64,000 nt of DNA from Ignavibacteriota bacterium (lineage in GTDB: Bacteria; Bacteroidota; Ignavibacteria; UBA10030). Positions 9,498 through 19,273 of this stretch are shown here, one piece after another. Below the pieces are notes generated by a model. The model made no database searches and was not told the DNA's origin. It was given only the letters and a program-made list of their open reading frames with translations. Each line of letters opens with the position of its first letter. Position 1 is the first letter of the stretch. The translations under genes were made by a program, and so were the position numbers. Location of the stretch: NCBI GenBank assembly GCA_963727825.1, contig CAVSHO010000001.1, positions 224,001 through 288,000 of the forward strand, written 5' to 3'.

Positions 9498-10928
9498 ATG
9501 TCAGATCCAAGAAATATAATCGACTTCAACACACCGCAGTCGGTTTCGACAGAAGGGCGTGTGCCGCCGCAAGCAGTGGATGTAGAAGAAGCTGTCATCG
9601 GAGCGATGCTGTTGGAAAAAGACGCTATCGCCAAAGCGATTGAAATCCTGGATGACACCGCCTTTTATAAACCTGCGCATCAAAGCATTTATCGTGCAAT
9701 GATGGCGTTGTTTGAACGAAGCGAGCCGGTCGATCTCATTACGCTTACAGAGGAACTCCGCCGGCGCGGCGATCTTGAAAAAATCGGCGGCGAATATTAT
9801 CTCACCGAGCTCACAACAAAGGTTTCAAGCGCTGCAAACATAGAATATCATGCGCACATAGTATTAGAACGAGCGCTAATGCGGCAATTGATTCATTCGT
9901 CATCAGAAGTCATCAATCGTGCATACAGCGAAACCGAAGATGCACTCGGCTTGCTTGATCAAGCTGAACAGAAAATTTTCGATATCTCCGAACAGCGGAT
10001 GAAGAAAAGTTTTGTCTCGATGAATACAGCCGTGCATAAAACTATGGATATGCTGCAAAGTATTCACGGCAAGCACAGCGGTGTTACCGGAGTGCCGTCG
10101 GGATTTGCCGATCTTGATGCACTCACGGGCGGATTCCAGCCATCGGATCTCATTATTATCGCAGGCCGTCCGTCACAAGGGAAAACAGCGCTCGCGCTTT
10201 CAGTTGCGCGCAATGCAACAGTGCTGCATGATATTCCTATCGGCATGTTCAGTCTTGAAATGTCCATACAGCAATTAGTGATGCGATTGATGTGCGCAGA
10301 AGCGCGCGTGGATGCGCACAAGGTTCGCACTGGCCGCTTGCCGGAAGATGAATGGAAAAAGTTAAGCACAAGCGTCGGCCGCCTCTACAAAGCAAAGATG
10401 TTTATCGATGACACACCCGGACTTGCTGTGTTAGAATTGAGAGCGAAAGCACGCCGGCTTAAAGTAGAACACGATATCGGCCTCATAATAGTAGACTATC
10501 TTCAATTGATGCAGGGACCAAGAAATGCTCAGAGTCGTGAGCAAGAGATCTCCGCTATCTCCCGATCGCTCAAAGCGCTCGCGAAAGAATTAAATATTCC
10601 GGTAATTGCATTGTCGCAATTAAATCGTTCTGTTGAATCGCGCAACGATAAACGACCTGCATTATCCGACTTACGAGAGTCCGGTGCCATCGAACAGGAC
10701 GCCGACGTTGTTGTTTTTGTTCATCGTCCCGAAATGTTTGGTATAACAGAACAAGATAATGAACCGACAGAAGGCCTTGCAGAAATCATCATCGGCAAAC
10801 AGCGTAATGGTCCTACAGATACCGTAAAACTGCAGTTCATCAAGAATTACGCGAGGTTCGAAAGCCGAACTGTCTTTCGTCCTGAAACGTACTTGCCGGA
10901 AGAGACGCCGGACGCAACGCCGTTCTAA
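9498..10928 (+). CDS. dnaB: Replicative DNA helicase
   Basis: GRPSQGKT Walker A, FSLEMS, VDYLQLM, LSQLNR, DLRESGAIEQDAD, KQRNGPT; no intein. Confidence 0.98.
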   Translation: MSDPRNIIDFNTPQSVSTEGRVPPQAVDVEEAVIGAMLLEKDAIAKAIEILDDTAFYKPAHQSIYRAMMALFERSEPVDLITLTEELRRRGDLEKIGGEYYLTELTTKVSSAANIEYHAHIVLERALMRQLIHSSSEVINRAYSETEDALGLLDQAEQKIFDISEQRMKKSFVSMNTAVHKTMDMLQSIHGKHSGVTGVPSGFADLDALTGGFQPSDLIIIAGRPSQGKTALALSVARNATVLHDIPIGMFSLEMSIQQLVMRLMCAEARVDAHKVRTGRLPEDEWKKLSTSVGRLYKAKMFIDDTPGLAVLELRAKARRLKVEHDIGLIIVDYLQLMQGPRNAQSREQEISAISRSLKALAKELNIPVIALSQLNRSVESRNDKRPALSDLRESGAIEQDADVVVFVHRPEMFGITEQDNEPTEGLAEIIIGKQRNGPTDTVKLQFIKNYARFESRTVFRPETYLPEETPDATPF

Positions 10929-11017
10929 ATTCCAAATGCTAATTGTAGGATGCCGCTTGAACAATAAATTTGAAAATACAAAGTTAGATTTTAAAGGAAG
11001 AATACTAATCTTCTAAT

Positions 11018-11045
11018 TGTTCATTAATCATTAGTCACTGTTCAT
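11018..11045 (+). repeat. Four tandem 7-mers
   Basis: TGTTCAT-TAATCAT-TAGTCAC-TGTTCAT. Confidence 0.5.
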
Positions 11046-11049
11046 TCTT

Positions 11050-11924
11050 ATGAATTGCCGCACATTTCTTCAATTAATTCCTATTCTTGTAATGTTCCCC
11101 TTTTTCATTCAACAGAAAAAAAATGACGGTCGAAGATTCCTGTTGATCCGAACGAATTGATCTGCAAGAACAAATTCAATCTCGCCGATTCTCTGAAGTT
11201 GCGTGAGAAACCAATAAATGAAGTTGTTATTGCGATTGCAAAATCTTTCATCGGCACAGATTATACTGCCAATACCTTAGATGCGCCGGGCAAGGAACAG
11301 CTCATTGTCAATCTGCAAACACTCGACTGTGTAACTTTCTACGAAAACTCACTTGTGCTCGCGCGTTGTATCAAAAAGAACAAACTGACGTTTAACGATT
11401 ATAAAAAGGAACTCCAATTTGTCCGTTATCGTGGCGGCGTCATAGATGGCTATGCGAGCCGTCTCCATTACACGTCGGATTATTTTTTTGACAATGAAAA
11501 AAAATCTGTCTTAAAGGATGTAACGAAAGAACTTGGCGGAGTGCCAATCAATAAGAAAATCAATTTTATGTCCACACATCCGGATTTATATCTTCAATTG
11601 AAAAACTCCTCAGAGAACGTCAAAGAAATTAAAAAGATTGAAGATGAAATGAAAACGCGAACGACATACCACATTCCTAAAGCAAACATTAAAAGAATAG
11701 CATCGCTGATTAAGAACGGCGATATCATCGGAATCACCACGACAATTGATGGGTTGGATTGCACGCATACAGGCATTGCTATCTGGCAAAAAGGAAAACT
11801 GCATTTACTTCACGCGCCTGTTCCCGGCTCGAAAGTGCAAATCACTGAATTGCCGCTCTGGGATTATCTTGCAAAGATCAAAAAGGATGAAGGAATTATA
11901 GTTGCGCGTCCAATTGAACCATAG
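11050..11924 (+). CDS. DUF1460 / AmiA-like peptidoglycan amidase (NlpC/P60 fold); signal-peptide region out of frame
   Basis: LDCVTFYE, SRLHYTSD, LDCTHTGIA, LLHA; upstream ATG 11050 encodes a hydrophobic leader in another frame, break near 11110-11130. Confidence 0.82.
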
Positions 11925-11940
11925 ATAAGCTGAGGATAAA

Positions 11941-12717
11941 TTGAGTGTAGCCTTAAAAATGCGAGATGAAGAGATTTGTGAAATGGCTCGATGCTTTCTT
12001 GAAAAGTATCAACCAAACACATTAAAGGTTCCACAACGCACTGATCTTTCAATTCTGTTAGACTTTATAAAAAAAGACTTTGGATTCTCATTTATTAGAA
12101 GCGATTTAGGCTCCGAAAATGACTCTAAAGTTCTCGGTTCAACTGATTTTCGGAACAAAACAATTTCCATTGATAGTTCATTCGAATCTGATGACTACAA
12201 CAAGTCAATTAGAGTCCCATTCGTGATCGCTCATGAGATTGGTCATTGCATTGTGCATGGTCCAAAGTACTCTGAATTGAAAATGGCAGGTGTTTTTGAT
12301 CAAGTCACTACAGATACGATGGATATGGTTACAGGAAAAAGAATTCTAAAAAATGAAAGAGATTTTATTGAACATCAAGCACATATTTTTGCCGCAAGTA
12401 TATTAGTTCCGGCTCAGACACTCAAAGCGGCATTGATAAAATCTCAAGAGAAAATTGGTATTAATAGAAAACGTGGCGTTATTTATTTAGATAAAAAGGG
12501 GTATAGTCACCGAGATTATCAACTCACTCTAATGGAGTTGAAGAGATTTTATTTTGTATCAAAACATGTACTAAGCATCAGATTACATCAGAACTCCCTA
12601 ATTGAAGGTCCAATTGAGAGAATTCCAAGTGTAGCAACTATATTTAAAAGAAATGGGATTAGATCAAATCAGAGTAAATTGGATAGAAGATTGATTCTTT
12701 TCATGATGGAAAAGTAA
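11941..12717 (+). CDS. ImmA/IrrE family Zn metallopeptidase (DUF955)
   Basis: FVIAHEIGH HExx[19 protein letters not shown]-type helix; AT-rich; no HTH domain. Confidence 0.88.
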   Translation: MSVALKMRDEEICEMARCFLEKYQPNTLKVPQRTDLSILLDFIKKDFGFSFIRSDLGSENDSKVLGSTDFRNKTISIDSSFESDDYNKSIRVPFVIAHEIGHCIVHGPKYSELKMAGVFDQVTTDTMDMVTGKRILKNERDFIEHQAHIFAASILVPAQTLKAALIKSQEKIGINRKRGVIYLDKKGYSHRDYQLTLMELKRFYFVSKHVLSIRLHQNSLIEGPIERIPSVATIFKRNGIRSNQSKLDRRLILFMMEK

Positions 12718-13259
12718 GTGAAGAAACCGAAAATACACTTTCTCGTTTCTCTATTGTACAGGGTGACATTACTACTCAATCCGTGGAAGCTATTGTGAAT
12801 GCAGCAAACAACTCTTTACTTGGCGGCGGCGGAGTGGATGGCGCAATTCATTATGCAGCTGGATCTGGTCTTTTAGAGGAATGCCGCACGCTGGGCGGAT
12901 GTGAAACCGGCGGTGCCAAAATCACAAAGGGTTATAATCTTCCAGCAAAATTTATTATTCATACAGTTGGTCCAATATGGCAGGGCGGTAATCATAATGA
13001 GGACAAACTGCTGGCAAATTGTTACAAGAATAGCTTTGCACTTGCACGGAAACATAATATTGTCGTCATTGCATTTCCATCCATTAGTACAGGCATTTAT
13101 CGATTTCCTATTGAACGAGCTTCGCGTATTGCATTGCACGAAATTATCTAGGAACTTGAAACCAACACAAACCTTGAACGCGTTATCATCGTATGCTTTG
13201 ATAAAGCGACATACGAGGCATATTTAGCAGCCGAAAAGGAATTATCTAAAAAGAAATAG
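12703..13259 (+). pseudogene. Macrodomain O-acetyl-ADP-ribose deacetylase (YmdB-like), interrupted
   Basis: [36 protein letters not shown]; frame lacks an ATG before the GDIT strand and has an in-frame TAG at 13149-13151, then homologous tail to 13259. Confidence 0.8.
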
Positions 13260-13280
13260 TGTTTTAAGAATAGAGATACG

Positions 13281-14265
13281 GTGAAAATGAAATTCAGAAA
13301 ATACAGTATCTTACTTGTCATCTGCTTTTTTGCCCGGTCGTTTGCTCAAAAACCAATTGTTAGTCCGCGCGATTCAGTGAAAATCAATTTCAACGGGAAA
13401 ATAATTGCAATTAACTATGGCAAACCTTCAATGCTTGGGCGGAAAATATTTGGAGAGTTTGTGCCGTACTATAAAGTGTGGCGCACCGGCGCCGGCGCAG
13501 CTACTGTGTTGACAACTGAAGCAGATCTTGAAGTGGATGGGGCGGTAGTACCGCGCGGCGCATATTCTCTATACACGCTTCCAGCTGAAGATCGCTGGAA
13601 ACTCATCATCAATAAACAAACAGGGCAGTGGGGCACTACTTACATGCCTCAGCTTGATCTTGCGCGCATCGATTTGAAAATTAAAAAACTAAAAACACCG
13701 ATTGAAGATTGCACATTCAAGCTGGAAAAAAATGGCATCAGCAGCGGGACACTAAAAATTGAATGGGAAAACACGTCGCTCTCTGTTCCATTTCACATTA
13801 GCAAGGATTCTCTGGTACCAAGTCCGCCGGATTCATCAGTAATTGTTATAAACGATAAACGATTATCAGTAAATTATTGCCGCCCATCTATGCGCGGCAG
13901 AAAAATTATGGGCAGCGTGGTTCAATACGGCGTTGTCTGGCGAACAGGCGCAAACGCGGCGACAAGCTTTTAAAACACAGACAGATATTATTTTGTCTGG
14001 TGTTAGGATACCGCGCGGGTCTTATACACTCTACACTCTTCCATCTTCTAAACAGTGGAAGCTCATCGTCAATAAGCAATCGGGGCAATGGGGAACAGTG
14101 TATAATGAAAAATTCGATTTTGCCCGCATTCCGCTGAAGAAAACAATATTGAAACAGCCAGTAGAAAAATTCACAATTGCCTTAGAACGCATTTCAGAAA
14201 AAACCGGTGTGATGAAATTGGCATGGGAGAAAACCCAGCTTTCTATAGACTTTCAATTAAAATAG
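13281..14265 (+). CDS. Tandem DUF2911 domain secreted protein, frameshifted near 13970
   Basis: Two copies of Y.RPS..GRKI.G..V.Y..VWRTGA / G.YSLYT.P / NKQ.GQWG; extra T in AGC TTT TAA A. Confidence 0.85.
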
Positions 14266-14275
14266 GAGAAAAGCT

Positions 14276-14506
14276 ATGGCAGCAAAGATTACGATAAAAA
14301 ACAACAGCAGTATTCGCGTAGAAGGTGAGTTTGAGTTGTTCGATATAGACGGCAATAAATTTGATCTTGCAGGGCGCGCATCAATCTCTTTGTGCCGATG
14401 CGGCCAGAGTAAAGACAAACCATTTTGTGATGGCACCCATCGCGCTTGCAATTTCCAATCAGACGTTAAAGCACACAAACTACCGCCAGTTACGCCGAAA
14501 GCATAG
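14276..14506 (+). CDS. CDGSH iron-sulfur domain protein
   Basis: LCRCGQSKDKPFCDGTH. Confidence 0.95.
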   Translation: MAAKITIKNNSSIRVEGEFELFDIDGNKFDLAGRASISLCRCGQSKDKPFCDGTHRACNFQSDVKAHKLPPVTPKA

Positions 14507-14530
14507 TTGATATAAAGGCAGAAGAATAAT

Positions 14531-15352
14531 TTAGATTGTGCTAGTTCGCTGCCTTATTACTTCATATAGAAACACTGCGCTTGCACTTGCTACATTAAGC
14601 GAATCTACGCCATACTGCATCGGAATTTCTACCGGCATATCGCATACTGAAAGAACCTGCGTTGAAACTCCGTTGCCTTCACTTCCAAACACAAGACAAC
14701 AATTATCGGAGAAATCTGTGCGTTGAATGCAATGTTCTTCTGTGTGCGGATGTGCTGCAAATATTTTAAATTGATGAAAGCGTTGAAGTATAGTTAGTGT
14801 TTCTACGAGATTCGTGCAATGAACTATCGGCATTTTGAATACTGTCCCCATAGAATTTCTCACCGCGCGGCGTAAGTAGGGACTGCTGGATGTCTCGCCA
14901 ACAAGAATTGCTTGCACACCAAATGCCGTGCAATTCCGTACAAGCACACCGATGTTTTCAGCATTGGCTAATCCGTCCATTGCAACAAATAAACGCGGTG
15001 ATAACGACCGTGTTAACACCGAATCAAGCGTTTCTTGTACTGGAATTTTTCCAAGCGCCATAATACTTTGATGCAAATTGTATCCGACGATTGTGTTAAG
15101 TAATTCTTTTTTTCCGATAAACACAGTTATTTGTTCGGGACGAGCGGCAAGTCGTTCCCGGTAATCTTCTAACCATTCCGGTGTTATCAGGACAGAGACA
15201 ATTTTATGATCACTCTCTAAAAGTCTCTGAACGACGAATGTTCCTTCCGCTATAAACATGCCTTTGCGAAACTGCTCGACCGATTGACGCAGAGTGCGAT
15301 ACGGTGTCAAGTCAGGATTATTGAGAGATGTAATGGAAACAGTTGTAATCAT
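14531..15352 (-). CDS. SpoU/TrmH family RNA methyltransferase
   Basis: ENIGVLVRN, VFGSEGNGVS, IPM..GVDSLNVASAS. Confidence 0.93.
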   Translation of the reverse strand: MITTVSITSLNNPDLTPYRTLRQSVEQFRKGMFIAEGTFVVQRLLESDHKIVSVLITPEWLEDYRERLAARPEQITVFIGKKELLNTIVGYNLHQSIMALGKIPVQETLDSVLTRSLSPRLFVAMDGLANAENIGVLVRNCTAFGVQAILVGETSSSPYLRRAVRNSMGTVFKMPIVHCTNLVETLTILQRFHQFKIFAAHPHTEEHCIQRTDFSDNCCLVFGSEGNGVSTQVLSVCDMPVEIPMQYGVDSLNVASASAVFLYEVIRQRTSTI

Positions 15353-15447
15353 GATTATTTTAGCGTAGAAATGGTTTGACAAAAAATGTTTTCTCGACGT
15401 AATTATTCAACATGATCTTGGATTGGACTAAATTTTTCGAATATTAT

Positions 15448-15623
15448 CTCCTCCCCTTATAGGGGAGGACTTCCACCAGAGGCGGATGCGCCTCTGGTGC
15501 AAAGGTGGGGTCATTTCTTTTATTTGACCTCACCCTCCGCCAACCAGCCCGCTGCGCGTTCTGGCGGGAAAGCAGGCGGACAAGTAACCTTCTCCTATTA
15601 GGAGAGGGAATTATTTTGCTATT
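15448..15623. repeat. Inverted pair of CCCTCTCC/CTCCCC palindromic repeats, each with an inserted GC-rich palindrome
   Basis: Inserts at 15473-15502 (30 nt) and 15537-15585 (49 nt); insert-free homolog at 2232-2296. Confidence 0.85.
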
Positions 15624-15767
15624 GACGCAAAAATACTAAGTAGTCATATCTTGATTAAAATACAAAGAAGTCGGCACCAAAACTAATTGCAAAATTAACA
15701 TTTTAGATGAACCGAATTATTGATATCATGCAATAAAAAAGTTTATTAATGGTTAAATAGGGTCTCA

Positions 15768-16652
15768 ATGAAATCCGCATTTAATAAAAAGAATATCACT
15801 TCTCTTCCCAACACTCCCGGGGTCTATATTTTTTATGGCGTCGAAGACATTCTGCTGTACGTTGGCAAAAGTAAAACGATCCGCGCACGTGTTCGCTCGC
15901 ACTTTGCCGCTCGAGACGAACGCTGGTTGACAAAGCGCATTTGCCGCATCGAAGTTCGAGAAACAGCCGGCGAGCTTGGCGCGCTTTTGTTAGAATCCCG
16001 GCTCATTAAAGAATTACGGCCGATGTACAATGTGCGTTCAAGACAGCCGCGGCGAATTATTATTGCAAGACGCGTAGATAATGAACAAGGATACACAACG
16101 GTCAAATTGGAAGCAGTAGACTATCTCGATATCAAACCGGACTCGCCCATACTCGGTATCTTCAAACATAAAACGCAGGCAAAGGAATTTCTTGATACGG
16201 TCGCCAAAACGCACAGGCTGTGTCCGAAACTTTTACGATTAGAAAATTCCGGCAGTTATTGCTTCTCGTACCACCTTGGACAATGTGACGGCGCCTGTAT
16301 GGGAGAAGAAGATGTTACAACTTACAATGCACGTGTGGAAGCGGCATTTGAAGCGCGGCGCATTATTGCGTGGCCTTTTAATGGTCCAGTAACTATAGAG
16401 GAAATCTCGAAGGATAAAAAACTGCGCGAAATATTTGTGATTGATAACTGGTGTTTAATCGAGAGCTACAAAGGCGACTGTAATACCGGAAAGAAATTCC
16501 GGGTATCGCAGAAATCTTCTCTGCATCGCTTTGATTACGACAGCTACAAAATCCTTTTCAGCTATGTGATGGAGGAGGGAAATAAAGTCAAGATAAAAAA
16601 ACAAACAAGTCAACACGCCAATAAAATTCGCACGCCATTAGAGACAGTCTAA
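15768..16652 (+). CDS. GIY-YIG UvrC/Cho-like nuclease
   Basis: LPNTPGVYIF..LYVGKSKTIRARVRSHF, ALLLESRLIKELRPMYN, Cys cluster CFSYHLGQCDGAC. Confidence 0.88.
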   Translation: MKSAFNKKNITSLPNTPGVYIFYGVEDILLYVGKSKTIRARVRSHFAARDERWLTKRICRIEVRETAGELGALLLESRLIKELRPMYNVRSRQPRRIIIARRVDNEQGYTTVKLEAVDYLDIKPDSPILGIFKHKTQAKEFLDTVAKTHRLCPKLLRLENSGSYCFSYHLGQCDGACMGEEDVTTYNARVEAAFEARRIIAWPFNGPVTIEEISKDKKLREIFVIDNWCLIESYKGDCNTGKKFRVSQKSSLHRFDYDSYKILFSYVMEEGNKVKIKKQTSQHANKIRTPLETV

Positions 16653-16686
16653 AGAACTAATTCCATACAAAATGTGTTAAACCAGT

Positions 16687-17337
16687 ATGGAAAACAGCAC
16701 TGCTTTACAACAATCTTGTAGTGAACGATTATACAAAATTGCTTTTGGGCTTGCTGTATTCACAATTCTTTACAATATAGCTGAAGGACTTGTTTCTGTG
16801 TACTTTGGGTATAGCGATAGCAGTCTAACCCTGTTCGGGTTTGGTGCTGACAGTTTTATAGAAGTTCTCTCTGGACTTGGTATAGCACATATGGTTTTAC
16901 GAATTCAGCGACAGCCGGATAGTAGCCGCGACAATTTTGAACGAACGGCGTTAACCATTACCGGCTATTCATTCTATGCATTAGTCTTCGGATTAGTTAC
17001 AACAAGCGGATATAATCTCTGGATAGGACGGAAACCTGAGACGACTCTTTGGGGTGTGATTATCTCAATAATATCAATTGCCGTGATGTGGACTTTGTTC
17101 TACAGCAAAACAAAAATTGGCAGACAGTTAGACTCAAATGCTATGCTTGCAGATGCTGAATGTACAAAAGTCTGCATTTCTATGTCCGTCATTTTGCTTG
17201 TATCAAGCGGCGTCTATGAATTAACGAAGTTTGCTCTTATAGATACAATAGGAACGGTTGGACTCGCGTATCTGTCTTTCAAAGAAGGGCGAGAATGTTT
17301 TAAGAAGGCAAAAAAGAATAACCATTGTTCTTGCTGA
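16687..17337 (+). CDS. Cation-efflux (CDF-like) membrane protein
   Basis: YNIAEG, LFGFGADSFIE, MLADAECT, KEGRE; about 6 TM; terminal HCSC. Confidence 0.8.
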   Translation: MENSTALQQSCSERLYKIAFGLAVFTILYNIAEGLVSVYFGYSDSSLTLFGFGADSFIEVLSGLGIAHMVLRIQRQPDSSRDNFERTALTITGYSFYALVFGLVTTSGYNLWIGRKPETTLWGVIISIISIAVMWTLFYSKTKIGRQLDSNAMLADAECTKVCISMSVILLVSSGVYELTKFALIDTIGTVGLAYLSFKEGRECFKKAKKNNHCSC

Positions 17338-17384
17338 AGCGCAAGAATTACTGCCAGATTTCGCATCTCTCTATTAAATCATTT

Positions 17385-19109
17385 TTAAAATGGTCTGCAA
17401 AATCTTAGAATGAATTGTACCGGTGCTGGGTGATCGGTGCGCCATGCAACACCTATGCGAAATGAACCGCTCCGGTTTGCCAGTGCTATGCCAAAGTCAT
17501 TCTGAAAATCGTTTAACTTAACCGCCTCAACACCTTCTAATGCCGAAGCCGCTGGTATTGCATTCCGTGTGAGTCCGGCATCTGATAAAAGCAAAATATT
17601 AACGTTATGGAAAATCCCCATAGGCCAGAAATCTAATTCCTCAAGAAAGCCGCCGTTGACTATCAGTTCTGCGTTGATGAGAAGCATACGGTTACCGATT
17701 TCAGATTTAAAGGGAAAGGCATTTATCGTACCCAAACCGCCTAACTCGAACATCTTTTGCAGCGGGAGATCACCATCAGAAGTACCGGCGCGCAAACGAA
17801 TATTAAAATTATCGTACCTACCAAGCGGTTGAAAACGGCGCAAGTCAAGGATGTACTGATCGAATTCAAACTCGCCGCCTAAATTTTTCTTCGCAAACTC
17901 AGCAGAAACATACAAGCTCCATCCTTCGGGTCCATGGCTCGTATTTGAAATAGTACTGACGCCGCCGCTCGCGATCATGCTGCGCATTTTACCCGGATCG
18001 ATAGCTGGATTTATACGAAACTCTTTGCCTCCGCCAAATATTGACCAATCAACTTTATTTGTCAGCGAATCGTATGTGTCCGCCAAATATGCGAACTTCA
18101 GTTCGTTTTTCAGGTAATCGTTTTTGGAATAATATGCTACATGTAATGTGTAGCCGTTCCGCTCAAAGTAATTGCGAAAATCTTCATGAATTAATAATGC
18201 CGCTGCTGTGTTTTCGTGCATTGAAATGATCCATTTATCTTTCGTATCAGTAAGACTGTATCCCTCGGCGCCCAGCTCGATAATGCCGCTTCCTTCATTT
18301 GTGAGGATTGCCAATTGCCGTACCAATCCAAGATTACCGCGCCACGTATGTGACTTCACTCCCCATCCTCCGGAACCGTACATGTTCCAATTTCGTTCTC
18401 CATCCCAATTATATTTTTTTTCGGAACTAAGACCGAGGAACACACCTTCTACTCGGTTATATCGGAAAATAAAATTATCTAAATTCATTTGCTCGTCTGA
18501 CCATGGTACATCGAACGTACGCGCGGTTTGCGAAAATTTTCTACGCGATGGACGAAAATTCAATTCTTCTTTTCTGGAATAATCTTCGAACCCTTTGATA
18601 ACTGCGCCGTCTTCTTTCAGTATGCTTCCATTTACAACACGCGCACTGCCTGTAATCTTGCCAGTGCGTTCCATATATAAATCGCCGCCTACCACCAGCA
18701 CGTTGCCATTTATTGTTCCATATACAGTCAGATTGCCGCCCTTCACAACAACATTATCGTCTATTGTTTCAGACTCTTCAATCACCTTATCACCGGAAAA
18801 TGATTGAGCACTGGTGTCGATTTCGCTGTCAGTGATGTTTGGTAACGTATGAGATGTAGATTCGATAGTGTCGTCTTCTGTAATTTGCTTATCATCGAAA
18901 GGCGAAGTCCACCGGTTAACTATATTGTTGACCATGTTATCAATATTGTTCCCAACATTATTTATTTCTTCTCCAATTTTATCGGCTTCGTATCCTATGC
19001 TCTCACCGATATCGTCGTCGTTCGTTTTCTTATGATTTGTTTGTGCGTTGGCAGAAAAAAATGATAAGATCAATGCGATGGCAATAATAAATATGATTAA
19101 GTTCTTCAT
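17385..19109 (-). CDS. Outer-membrane Omp85/TamA-like barrel protein with N-terminal bactofilin-like beta-helix
   Basis: Signal peptide MKNLIIF; VVKGGNLTVYGTINGNVLVVGGDL repeats; RYNRVEG, ELGGLGT, terminal F. Confidence 0.7.
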   Translation of the reverse strand: MKNLIIFIIAIALILSFFSANAQTNHKKTNDDDIGESIGYEADKIGEEINNVGNNIDNMVNNIVNRWTSPFDDKQITEDDTIESTSHTLPNITDSEIDTSAQSFSGDKVIEESETIDDNVVVKGGNLTVYGTINGNVLVVGGDLYMERTGKITGSARVVNGSILKEDGAVIKGFEDYSRKEELNFRPSRRKFSQTARTFDVPWSDEQMNLDNFIFRYNRVEGVFLGLSSEKKYNWDGERNWNMYGSGGWGVKSHTWRGNLGLVRQLAILTNEGSGIIELGAEGYSLTDTKDKWIISMHENTAAALLIHEDFRNYFERNGYTLHVAYYSKNDYLKNELKFAYLADTYDSLTNKVDWSIFGGGKEFRINPAIDPGKMRSMIASGGVSTISNTSHGPEGWSLYVSAEFAKKNLGGEFEFDQYILDLRRFQPLGRYDNFNIRLRAGTSDGDLPLQKMFELGGLGTINAFPFKSEIGNRMLLINAELIVNGGFLEELDFWPMGIFHNVNILLLSDAGLTRNAIPAASALEGVEAVKLNDFQNDFGIALANRSGSFRIGVAWRTDHPAPVQFILRFCRPF

Positions 19110-19273
19110 GGGCGTACCATAATGTTTCAAAAACACCTTTTGCAATATTACGATATAATTGAACCCAAAGTTACAGAATTCTATTTGCAAGATAATTTGA
19201 GAACGGCTGATATTCAATTCTTTTACGAAAATTAGTATATTATAATGAACTTGTATAATAGAGGAGGAAAAAG

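Noticed and set aside
9498-10928. Intein in DnaB
   Set aside because: Normal length (476 aa) and contiguous motifs.
13149-13151. Stop-codon reassignment or pyrrolysine (TAG)
   Set aside because: TAG terminates many intact genes here (udg, pdxJ, Omp85, OPT); no pyl genes seen.
13960-13980. Programmed +1 frameshift at C TTT TAA in the DUF2911 gene
   Set aside because: No internal SD upstream; a homopolymer insertion fits the pattern of other +1 errors.
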